Positions 8,475-19,729 of a stretch of DNA of 64,000 nt are shown piece after piece. The position numbers were made by a program, and so were the translations under genes. The notes below the pieces were generated by a model. That model was not told where the DNA came from and did not search any database. It saw only the letters and a list, made by a program, of their open reading frames with translations. Source of the DNA: Bacteroidia bacterium (lineage in GTDB: Bacteria; Bacteroidota; Bacteroidia; SpSt-205); the NCBI GenBank assembly GCA_025057135.1, contig JANWXY010000043.1, positions 99 through 64,098 on the forward strand, given 5' to 3'. Position 1 is the stretch's first letter; each line of letters starts with the position of its first letter.

Positions 8475-11400
8475 CTACATATTCCGCCTGTACTTTCCAC
8501 CAACCTCGTATAGAGCCCCGGAAATCTGTCCTAAGCTCGCTACTTTGACCGCTTCCATTAGCGCTGCGAAGGTATTCTTCCCTGAGAGTGCTGTATCCTG
8601 CAAATGGCGTAGAGCAGAAGCCGTTTTTGCGGCGTTACGCGCTTGAAAAGCTTTGAGATTACGGATTTGTTGCTCTTTCTCCTCAGAGGTAGAGCGTACT
8701 ACTTCGTTCGGGATGTTCGTTGGGGAGCCATCTTTACCCAAGAAGGTATTCACGCCGATAATCGGCAACTGCCCTGTGTGCTTGAGGGTTTCATAGTAAA
8801 GGGATTCTTCTTGGATTTTGTTGCGCTGATAGCCTAATTCCATTGCTCCCAGTACTCCCCCTCGTTCGTTCAATCGCTCAAATTCTTGTAGGACTGCTTC
8901 TTCCACGACATCTGTCAGCCATTCTATGAAAAAGCTGCCCTGCCAGGGGTTTTCGTTTTTCATAAGCCCCAGTTCTTTTTGTATGATGAGTTGAATGGCT
9001 ACTGCTCGCCGAACCGACTCTTCTGTGGGCGTGGTGATAGCTTCGTCGTATGCATTAGTATGGAGGGAGTTAGCATTATCGGCGAGGGCATAGAGCGCTT
9101 CCAAGGTGGTACGAATATCGTTGAAAGCTATTTCTTGGGCGTGGAGAGAGCGGCCTGAGGTTTGCACGTGGTACTTGAATATTTGGCTGCGAGGGCTGGC
9201 TTTGTACAGGATTTTCAGAGCTTTTGCCCAAATGCGGCGAGCGACGCGTCCAATGACTAAGTATTCTGGGTCCATGCCGTTGGAGAAAAAGAAGGAGAAG
9301 TTAGGGGCAAAGTCATCCACAGCCATCCCCCGTGAGCGGTAGTATTCCAAGTAGGTGAAGCCATTTGCTAATGTCAGCGCAAGCTGAGTGACTGGATTAG
9401 CGCCGGCTTCGGCGATATGATACCCCGAGATAGAGACTGAATAGAAGTTACGCACTTTATGCTGGATGAAGTACTCTTGGACATCAGCCATCATGCGTAG
9501 AGCAAAGTCAATGGCGAAAATGCAAGTATTCTGTGCCTGGTCCTCTTTCAAAATGTCTGCTTGAACCGTTCCGCGTACGCGGGCCAGGGTATCGGCTTTT
9601 ATGCGTTCGTATATGTCCTGGGGGAGCACTTCATCGCCTGTAGTGCCCAGCAGCATGAGTCCTAATCCATTATGTCTGTCTGGAAGTTTGCCTTCATAGA
9701 CAGGTCGGGGCAGTCCGAGAGCATTATATTTCTCCTGGATTTTTTGCTCTACCACTTCGGCGAGTCCATTTTCTCTGATGTATTTCTCACACTGCTGGTC
9801 AATCGCCGTATTCATAAACATGGCCAGGATCGCAGGGGCAGGACCATTGATAGTCATAGATACAGAGGTCTTGGGGTCCGCTAAGTCAAATCCCGAGTAA
9901 AGCTTTTTCATGTCATCCAGCGTAGCGATGGAGACGCCGGAGTTACCGATTTTGCCGTAAATGTCTGGACGATAATCAGGGTCTTCACCATATAGGGTTA
10001 CAGAGTCAAAAGCGGTACTGAGGCGCGGCGCACTCAGTCCTGAGGCCAAATAGTGAAAGCGTCGGTTAGTTCGTTCAGGCGTACCTTCTCCGGCAAACAT
10101 CCGAGTAGCTTCTTCTTCCGTGCGCTTGAAGGGAAAGACACCCGAGGTGTAAGGGAAATGTCCCGGAAAGTTTTCTTGGAGGGCCCATCGCACTCTGTCT
10201 CCCCAATCCCGATAGCGTGGGGTAGCAATCTTAGGTATCTGAATATGGGAAAGGCTTTCCGTATGCGTTTGTACCCGAATCGCTCTGTCTCTTACGGTGT
10301 ATTCATACAGAGGGGCCTGGTACCGGGCTAAGGTCTCCTCCCATTTCTCCAAAATCGTACGAACCTCAGGGGCAAGCTGTTTTTCAAGCTCTTGTTGAAG
10401 TCGTTGGATGTCAGGGCTTGGACTAAGCTTGATGGTATCCTGTATAGCTTGGAGCTGATGAGCTATCTGGGCCTGCTCCTCTACCCACTGATTGTAGGAG
10501 CGAATCGTATCAGCGATTTCAGCCAAATACCGCTGACGCTGAGGAGGAATAATGGCGGAGATGGCAATAGGACGCTCATCTTTTGAAATATGGCTCGTTT
10601 CCCACATTCCCGGCTTTTTCTCGGCGACTTTTTCCATCAGAGCTCGGAAAAAGCGATTTACCCCGGGGTCATTGAACTGTGAGGCGAGGGTAGGGAAGAC
10701 AGGCATGACATCTACTGGCTCAGAGAAGCGCTTGAAGTTGCGTTGATACTGCTTCCGCACGGCGAATAGCGCATCTTGGGCACCTTTGCGATCAAACTTG
10801 TTTAGTACGACAAAGTCTGCATATTCCAGCATGTCTATTTTTTCCAGTTGGCTTGGTGCGCCAAACTCTGGTGTCATCACGTAGACTGATATGTCAGTGT
10901 AATCCACAATCTCGGTATCCGCTTGACCGATACCCGCCGTTTCCACCCAGATCAGGTCAAATCCCGCCAGTTGGAGTAAGCTAATAGCTTCTCCAAGAAA
11001 AGGTGGTATGGAGCGATGAGCTGTCCGCGTCGCAAAGGAGCGCATATACACATGCGGATGATAAATGCTATTCATGCGTAGCCGGTCACCGAGGAGAGCG
11101 CCGCCACTCTTGCGATGTGAAGGGTCTATGGAGAGTATGGCGATTTTTTTGTCTGGGAAATAGCGCAGAAATCTCTGTACAAATTCATCTGTCAGAGAAG
11201 ATTTTCCTGAGCCGCCTGTGCCGGTTACGCCGATCACAATAGCTCGGCGCTCCACAGGATAATGCCTAAGGAACTCTCGAATGGTCTCGGGATCATTCTC
11301 TAAACGGCTGAGGGCACGAGCCAACGGTGCATAATACGGGCCTGTTACTTCTGACAGGTGTTCAAGGGCACCATTCAGATCAGCCCAGGGGGCAAAGTCT

Positions 11401-11861
11401 GACTTTTCCATCACATCATTTATCATGCCTTGGAGACCCATAGCTCGCCCATCATCAGGCAGATAAATCCTCGTGATGCCACGACGGTGCAGCTCTTGGG
11501 CCTCTTCGGGGAGAATCGTACCGCCCCCACCGCCGAAGATGCGTACATGAGTGGAGCCAGCCTTGTCAAGTAGCTCCCGGATGTAGGTGAAAAACTCCAT
11601 GTGCCCCCCCTGGTAGGACGTAAGCGCTACTGCTTGGGTATCTTCTTGAATAGCCGCAGTTACAATCTCTGCGGCACTGCGATTATGTGCCAAATGAATG
11701 ATTTCCGCACCGGTAGATTGAAGGATACGGCGCATGAGATTGATAGCCGCGTCATGCCCATCAAAAAGAGAAGCAGCTGTAACAATCCTGATCGGATGAC
11801 GGGATTTGTACGGTTGAGCTTCCGCTTTACCTGCGAAGCGTTGAGCCACTGCTTGTGACAT
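8475..11861 (-). CDS. icmF: Fused isobutyryl-CoA mutase (B12-binding domain + MeaB-like G-protein + mutase TIM-barrel)
   Basis: The N-terminal B12-binding motif is [10 protein letters not shown] (DxHxxG). A P-loop [12 protein letters not shown] of the MeaB type follows, then the C-terminal methylmalonyl-CoA-mutase-like catalytic domain. The length is 1128 aa. Confidence 0.9.
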   Translation of the reverse strand: MSQAVAQRFAGKAEAQPYKSRHPIRIVTAASLFDGHDAAINLMRRILQSTGAEIIHLAHNRSAAEIVTAAIQEDTQAVALTSYQGGHMEFFTYIRELLDKAGSTHVRIFGGGGGTILPEEAQELHRRGITRIYLPDDGRAMGLQGMINDVMEKSDFAPWADLNGALEHLSEVTGPYYAPLARALSRLENDPETIREFLRHYPVERRAIVIGVTGTGGSGKSSLTDEFVQRFLRYFPDKKIAILSIDPSHRKSGGALLGDRLRMNSIYHPHVYMRSFATRTAHRSIPPFLGEAISLLQLAGFDLIWVETAGIGQADTEIVDYTDISVYVMTPEFGAPSQLEKIDMLEYADFVVLNKFDRKGAQDALFAVRKQYQRNFKRFSEPVDVMPVFPTLASQFNDPGVNRFFRALMEKVAEKKPGMWETSHISKDERPIAISAIIPPQRQRYLAEIADTIRSYNQWVEEQAQIAHQLQAIQDTIKLSPSPDIQRLQQELEKQLAPEVRTILEKWEETLARYQAPLYEYTVRDRAIRVQTHTESLSHIQIPKIATPRYRDWGDRVRWALQENFPGHFPYTSGVFPFKRTEEEATRMFAGEGTPERTNRRFHYLASGLSAPRLSTAFDSVTLYGEDPDYRPDIYGKIGNSGVSIATLDDMKKLYSGFDLADPKTSVSMTINGPAPAILAMFMNTAIDQQCEKYIRENGLAEVVEQKIQEKYNALGLPRPVYEGKLPDRHNGLGLMLLGTTGDEVLPQDIYERIKADTLARVRGTVQADILKEDQAQNTCIFAIDFALRMMADVQEYFIQHKVRNFYSVSISGYHIAEAGANPVTQLALTLANGFTYLEYYRSRGMAVDDFAPNFSFFFSNGMDPEYLVIGRVARRIWAKALKILYKASPRSQIFKYHVQTSGRSLHAQEIAFNDIRTTLEALYALADNANSLHTNAYDEAITTPTEESVRRAVAIQLIIQKELGLMKNENPWQGSFFIEWLTDVVEEAVLQEFERLNERGGVLGAMELGYQRNKIQEESLYYETLKHTGQLPIIGVNTFLGKDGSPTNIPNEVVRSTSEEKEQQIRNLKAFQARNAAKTASALRHLQDTALSGKNTFAALMEAVKVASLGQISGALYEVGGKYRRNM

Positions 11862-11865
11862 GTAG

Positions 11866-11873
11866 CAAAGATA
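11866..11873 (-). promoter_or_regulatory. -7 box TATCTTTG, 4 nt upstream of icmF ATG
   Basis: It matches exactly on the minus strand, with spacer CTAC. Confidence 0.55.
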
Positions 11874-12022
11874 ACATAATGCTGAGCTTGACTATGGCTT
11901 TTTTGTTACCACAGGAACCACTGTCTAAGTTCATTTCCGCTCTGCCATCACTGTGCCGTCCGATTCAGCTGCATCATTAGCTAAAGAGTTAGAACTTTTC
12001 TTTTTGCAAAGGAGAATTTCTA

Positions 12023-14385
<2,363 letters not shown>

Positions 14386-14393
<8 letters not shown>

Positions 14394-15570
14394 GCGGATA
14401 GTCCTTTTCGGGTTCGGGAATGTAGGCGGAGGCTTTTATCGGCTATTCCAGTCCGTCAAAGACCAAATACCTGCTGATATCACTGCGATTGTGGTCAAGC
14501 ACAAGGAGAAGCATCAGCTGCCCTTGTCTATTTTGCATGCTTATGATGAAGGGACATGGCGTGAGTGCTGGGAGACTTCGGACATCGTCATAGAATGTAC
14601 GAATGACCCGATAGCGGGCTGGGATATAATTTTTTCATCGTTACAGGCAGGTAAGATAGTGATAACTGCCAGTAAGCGTCCTTTGGCTCAAAACTTGTCT
14701 GCTCTGCATCAGTGGCTGGCGTCGTTTCCTCAGGCGGTGATTCGGTATGAAGCAGCAGCTATGGCGTCAGTGCCGATATTTAGAGGTATAGCGGATCATT
14801 TTGCTCAAGAGCCCCTCGCTGAAATCTTCGGTGTCGTCAATGGTACGACTCATTACATCATGCAGGAAGTTCTGGAAAAAGCTCTCCCCTACGCCGAAGC
14901 TCTTAAGCAAGCCCAGTATCTCGGGTATGCTGAGGAAGACCCTTACCTGGATATATCTGGATGGGATGCAGCGTACAAATTAGTCCTGCTTGTCTGGAAA
15001 CTTTGGGGCACCATCACTCCATTAGAGAAGATACCAGTTTGGGGCATATCTGGTCTCGGCATGGAAGAGTACAAGCTTTGCAGGAAATACGACCTGCTGC
15101 TCAAACCAGTAGTCAAGGCTAAATCAGCAGGAGACCACCTTTCTCTTTTCGTCGGACCTGCTTTTATTCCCAGAGATGATGTCTTCGCTTCCTTACAGGG
15201 GGCGGATAATGGACTAAGGTTTGAATGGGGTTGGGCAGGTTCGCAGTTTTACAAAGGCAAAGGTGCGGGGCCAGAGGCGACTGGCTCCGCTATAATGGGG
15301 GACTTGTGGAATGTTCTCCATAATCCTACCCCCGGTTATTTGAAAAATGCCAAACACCTTCGCATAGAGGGGGAAAGCGGATATTTCTACATAAGGGGGA
15401 AAACTCTGGTAAGCCAGCTTTCTGGGAGCATATTTCCCTTCGAGGGCGGAAATGTATGGCGTGGAAGCTCTGAGCAATTGCGGGAAGCCACCCTCAATAT
15501 GCCTCCAGACTCATACTTTGTAGCTTTACTCTCTGATGAAGCCCTTTTGGCTCAAGTCCTGAATAAATAG
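14386..15570 (+). CDS. hom: Homoserine dehydrogenase
   Basis: It has an N-terminal Rossmann motif FGFGNVGGG. It also has the motifs VNGTTHYIM and AQYLGYAEEDPYLDISGWDAAYKL. It overlaps metX by 8 nt. Confidence 0.85.
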
Positions 15571-15578
15571 CTGGCGCA

Positions 15579-15629
15579 CAGCAGAGAAAGTCCCTCTACT
15601 GCGAAGGACCCGGACTGGGCTTTCTGCTG
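15579..15629 (+). terminator. Long imperfect hairpin downstream of hom (candidate terminator without U-tract)
   Basis: CAGCAGAGAAAGTCC .. GGACTGGGCTTTCTGCTG pairs with bulges. No T-run follows. Confidence 0.3.
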
Positions 15630-15685
15630 ACTACCCTCTGTCGCCTTCCTTTCTACAAATACCATTTACTTTGGTAAAAGCGAAT

Positions 15686-16861
15686 ATGTGGCGAAACCTC
15701 TTTGCTATACCGCGTCGGGATAAACATACCGAGTGGGTGTATTTCTGCGGACACTCGTTAGGAGCTCAGCCTAAGGCAGCTGCGAGTTACATTCGGCGCC
15801 GATTAGAAGAGTGGGCATGGGAAGGTGTGGGCGCTTACTTTTCTCAGCGAGCCCACTGGGTGGATTATGCGGATAGTTTGCGGGAAAAAATAGCGCCTCT
15901 TTTAGGCGTGCCCATCCATAGCATCGCCATAGCACACACACTCACGACTAACTTACACCTTCTCATAGCCAGTTTTTATCGTCCTACCGCTGAAAGGTAC
16001 TATATCCTTACAGAGAAGCAGCCTTTTCCCTCAGATGTCTATGCGCTACAAAGCTGGGCAAACTACCACGGTTATCCCGATGCGATTATAGAATTGCCTA
16101 ATCTGGTGCCGACGACAGAAGAGATAGTTCAGGAGATTTACCGACTTGGTGAAAAGCTCGCTGGCGTATGGATGAGTGGCGTACATTACCTAACGGGGCA
16201 GGCGTTTGAAATAGAAAAAATCACTGCTGCTGCACATGCCGTAGGAGCATGGGCAGGCTGGGACCTGGCCCATGCAGTGGGGAATATCCCTTTATCGTTG
16301 GAAGCGTGGGGAGTGGATTTTGCCGTCTGGTGCAGTTACAAATACCTCAACGCCGGTCCAGGAGCGGTTGGAGGCCTGTATATCCACCCAAGTCATCATG
16401 CCCGTGGACCGCAGTTTGCAGGGTGGTGGGGCAATCGTTTAGAGACCAGATTTCTCATGGACAAACATTTTGATCCAGCGCCAGATGCGCGAGCATGGGT
16501 TCATAGTAATCCGTCGCCCTTATCGCTTGCAGCGCTGGAAGCCAGCTTAGACATATTTGCTCAACTTGACTTATCAGAATACTTTATGAGCGTGCAGCGC
16601 TTGCATAATTACCTGCGACAGGGGCTCGTCTCTATGCCGCATGTAGAAGTCGTGACGCCAGAGCGCAGCCACGGGGCCCAAGTATCATTTCGGTTACGCG
16701 TGGAGTCGCCCAAGGCAGCTTATGAACGGCTCTTGACAGCGGGCTTTTGTGTGGATTGGCGGGAGCCTGATATTATCCGCGCCGCACCCGTAGCGCTTTA
16801 CAACCATTCCGAAGAAATAGATGCTTTCATTTCGGCTGTTGCTACTTTATCTTCTCTGTGA
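15686..16861 (+). CDS. kynU: Kynureninase (PLP-dependent hydrolase)
   Basis: It has the motifs VYFCGHSLGAQP and CSYKYLNAGPGAVGG (PLP-lysine region). The start is set at ATG 15686, because the ORF-track TTG at 15671 lies inside a TTACTTTG box-like sequence. Confidence 0.8.
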   Translation: MWRNLFAIPRRDKHTEWVYFCGHSLGAQPKAAASYIRRRLEEWAWEGVGAYFSQRAHWVDYADSLREKIAPLLGVPIHSIAIAHTLTTNLHLLIASFYRPTAERYYILTEKQPFPSDVYALQSWANYHGYPDAIIELPNLVPTTEEIVQEIYRLGEKLAGVWMSGVHYLTGQAFEIEKITAAAHAVGAWAGWDLAHAVGNIPLSLEAWGVDFAVWCSYKYLNAGPGAVGGLYIHPSHHARGPQFAGWWGNRLETRFLMDKHFDPAPDARAWVHSNPSPLSLAALEASLDIFAQLDLSEYFMSVQRLHNYLRQGLVSMPHVEVVTPERSHGAQVSFRLRVESPKAAYERLLTAGFCVDWREPDIIRAAPVALYNHSEEIDAFISAVATLSSL

Positions 16862-16868
16862 GGCTATT

Positions 16869-18575
16869 ATGGCAGAACCGATTCGGTATAGGCTCTCATG
16901 GGAGAGTCCCCAGCGGTACATCTATCAAATAGAAATAGTGGCTTCTCCAACAAAAGGGCCGCATACAGACTTTGCTTTACCGGCTTGGCGGCCGGGGCGA
17001 TACATTTTACAGAACTATGCAGGGGCTGTCTCTCATTTTCATGCCGAAGATGAAAAAGGTCGCCCCCTACTCTGGCGCAAAGTCACGAAAGACCTCTGGC
17101 GGGTACAAAATCCAACTCACGGGCGCTTGAGGGTTCGCTATCGCTTCTATGCCAAACAGATAGATGCCGGCTCTAGCTACCTCTCGCCCGACCTGGTTTA
17201 TTTCAATCCTATCAATCTCTTCATGTATCTGCCAGAGCGTTTAGGTGAAGCTTGTGAGTTGGAGCTACCTGCCCTTCCTCCTACATGGAAAGTAGCCACG
17301 GCACTTCCTCAAAAAGACCATCGTCTATTTTATGCCCGAGATTATCACCACTTGGCGGACTCGCCCTTTTTGAGTGCGCCAACCTTACGCAGTGAAAAGA
17401 CTACTTGCGCCGGCGCTACTATTCATGTACATTTTCATGGCCCCGTGAGCGCTCAAAGCCTTTCGGGGTTTCTCTCCGATATTTGTAAAATAGTTCAGAC
17501 GCAAGTAAAAATCTGGGGGAGTCTGCCGCTAAAAGAGTATCACTTCATTTATCTCCTTGTACCATTTCAGATGCGTCATGCCGTAGAGCATGAATACTCG
17601 GCTATGTTTGTATTACCGGCCGAAGGTGCGGCTTCGGAGCAGGCTTTGAAGGGGTTTTTAGGTATTTCCGCTCATGAGTTTTTCCATGTATGGAATGTCA
17701 AACGGCTTCGTCCTGCGGCACTCGTGCCTTATCGGTATGATAGAGAGGCTTATACGAGCCTTCACTGGCTCACCGAGGGGATTACAGACTACTATTCAAA
17801 CCTCACTTTGGCTAGGGCTGGTATTATTTCCCCCGAAGAGTACTGGCAGCGTCTGAGCAATGAGCTCACCCAAATAGAAAATGCCTATGCCTACAAGGTT
17901 TTTTCTCCTGCGGAGCTTAGTATAGATAGCTGGTTGGCTACTTCTACCTACCGTCCCGCGCTATATCAAGGGTCCTTCTATGCAGCTGGGAAAAGGGTAG
18001 GTTTTCTACTGGATATGCTTCTACGCAAGCATACTGATGGCAAAGTTAACCTGGACTCTTTGCTTCGGTTTCTATATGATAAGTACTACTTGCATGGCAG
18101 GGGGATTCCCGAGGATGGGGTAGAAATGGCAGCTGTACAGCTGGCAGGTGAGCCTATGCGGTCATTTTTTGCCAAATATGTGTGGGGTAAAGAACCGATA
18201 CCTTACGAGGAGCTTCTAAAAGGCTTACCAATACGGGTAAAATATGAGGAGACAACTTATCCGGGGTTAGGTAAGCTTGGTATCCTTCGCATCCGAGCCG
18301 AAGACCAGGGTCTGCGTATAGAGGAAATTTTGCCAGAGAGCATTGCTGAAAAAATAGGTTTGGAAGTCGGCGATATGCTGGTCTCAATAGACAATCTGGC
18401 ATGCCAAACGCTTCCTGAAAGTTTCTGGGAAAGGCTACCTGTGGGCAAAATAGTTTCACTGAGTTGGGTACGGGAGGGCTTCCTCATGGAAGGACAGTTT
18501 GCTTATCAGCCAGAGAGTTTGAGCAAACGAGTCAATGTTCAGCTCAGTTCTGCCGTGGAGGGTTTTATCCCCTGA
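16869..18575 (+). CDS. M61 family (glycyl-aminopeptidase-like) metallopeptidase with C-terminal PDZ domain
   Basis: It has the HExxH motif in SAHEFFHVWNVKRL. A PDZ-like segment (AEKIGLEVGDMLVSIDN) lies near the C-terminus. The start is the ATG just after the kynU stop. Confidence 0.8.
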   Translation: MAEPIRYRLSWESPQRYIYQIEIVASPTKGPHTDFALPAWRPGRYILQNYAGAVSHFHAEDEKGRPLLWRKVTKDLWRVQNPTHGRLRVRYRFYAKQIDAGSSYLSPDLVYFNPINLFMYLPERLGEACELELPALPPTWKVATALPQKDHRLFYARDYHHLADSPFLSAPTLRSEKTTCAGATIHVHFHGPVSAQSLSGFLSDICKIVQTQVKIWGSLPLKEYHFIYLLVPFQMRHAVEHEYSAMFVLPAEGAASEQALKGFLGISAHEFFHVWNVKRLRPAALVPYRYDREAYTSLHWLTEGITDYYSNLTLARAGIISPEEYWQRLSNELTQIENAYAYKVFSPAELSIDSWLATSTYRPALYQGSFYAAGKRVGFLLDMLLRKHTDGKVNLDSLLRFLYDKYYLHGRGIPEDGVEMAAVQLAGEPMRSFFAKYVWGKEPIPYEELLKGLPIRVKYEETTYPGLGKLGILRIRAEDQGLRIEEILPESIAEKIGLEVGDMLVSIDNLACQTLPESFWERLPVGKIVSLSWVREGFLMEGQFAYQPESLSKRVNVQLSSAVEGFIP

Positions 18576-18618
18576 GATGAGAGGCGAAGAGGCCTTTAGA
18601 GAGACGGGGCGTCTAATT

Positions 18619-19350
18619 TCACTGTGAGGGCGAAAGTGGCTCTTTGAGATTTTCTTTTTTGTCTGAGCTTCGTAGACCAGCCCGCATGTTGAGAAGTTCT
18701 ATGCTCAGGGAGAAAAGCATAGCGAAGTAGATGTAGCCTTTGGGGATTTGAATACCCACGCCTTCTGTGGTGAGTGTGAAACCTATAAGAAGTAAAAATG
18801 CCAGAGCCAGCATTTTCATTGTCGGATGTTCGCTGATAAAGCGTTGTATTTGTCTGGCAGCGAAGATCATCACAATCAGCGACACCAAAATAGCTATGAG
18901 CATTATGATTATATCCCGACTCATGCCTATCGCTGTCAGCACCGAGTCCGAAGAGAATACGAAATCTATCAGAGCCACTTGGAGAATAACGCCCGAGGAA
19001 GAGGGAGTGACGCGCTCGCCTTTCGCTTCTAACTGTTGATGGATTTCTTTCACTGCCTTATAGATGAGAAATAGCCCTCCGCCGATGAGTAAGGCTTCCT
19101 TTATACCGATAGAATGTGTCCCTACCTTGAACAGGGTAAAGGTGACTTGTAAAAGTTGTATCGCTGAGAGAAGCAGAATAGCCCGCAAGGTCGGCGAATA
19201 AATGTACCAAAAGCGCCATACTGCTTTCTGTCGGGCTGGTGGCATTCGCTCAGTGAGGATACCTATAAATACAAGATTGTCAATCCCTAAGGCCACCTCC
19301 ATCAAAACAAGCATCAGCAAGCCAAGCACTGACTCCCCGAGGTCTGTCAT
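18619..19350 (-). CDS. terC: TerC family integral membrane protein
   Basis: It has the motif EVALGIDNLVFI and multiple TM segments typical of the TerC/Alx family. Confidence 0.85.
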   Translation of the reverse strand: MTDLGESVLGLLMLVLMEVALGIDNLVFIGILTERMPPARQKAVWRFWYIYSPTLRAILLLSAIQLLQVTFTLFKVGTHSIGIKEALLIGGGLFLIYKAVKEIHQQLEAKGERVTPSSSGVILQVALIDFVFSSDSVLTAIGMSRDIIIMLIAILVSLIVMIFAARQIQRFISEHPTMKMLALAFLLLIGFTLTTEGVGIQIPKGYIYFAMLFSLSIELLNMRAGLRSSDKKENLKEPLSPSQ

Positions 19351-19474
19351 GTGTTTTTCCTTAGAAGATACTTTTGGAAAGAAGATGGGCAGGGGGCAAG
19401 CAAGCGTACCACAAGTTTGGGAAGCCGGTAAAGCTTAGGCATTTTTCCGTGGCATGGACGGGATCAGGAAAATG

Positions 19475-19729
19475 CTACTTAGATAAAAGGCTCACCTCAT
19501 AAGTTTCAACAACAGGATTATGGAGAAGCTGATCAGCGAGAGCTTCTCCGAGTCGTAGAGCTTCTTCGGGCGAGGTGGTCTGTATGTCCAGTACGAAGGC
19601 TCTGCCAGCGCGTATTTGCTGTATTTGACCATATCCTAAACGGTGGGCAGCATTTGTGATAGTTTCACCTTCTGGGTCTAACAGGGCAGGGCGCGGCAAA
19701 ACGATTACCTGTACGCGATATGTAGGCAT
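19475..19729 (-). CDS. purS: Phosphoribosylformylglycinamidine synthase subunit PurS
   Basis: The 84-aa product MPTYRVQVIVLPRPALLDPEGETI.. is typical of PurS. Its ATG overlaps the infB TGA by 1 nt (TGATG). The longer ORF-track start is rejected. Confidence 0.8.
   Translation of the reverse strand: MPTYRVQVIVLPRPALLDPEGETITNAAHRLGYGQIQQIRAGRAFVLDIQTTSPEEALRLGEALADQLLHNPVVETYEVSLLSK

Noticed and set aside
11874-12022. SAM riboswitch upstream of metY.
   Set aside because: I could not identify the conserved SAM-I core or a four-way-junction pairing pattern. The promoter box is adjacent to the ATG.
19351-19474. yybP-ykoY (Mn) riboswitch upstream of terC.
   Set aside because: The minus-strand leader lacks the conserved GGGGAGUAG-type core. 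The only structure is an imperfect hairpin, better explained as the end of the infB-purS transcript.
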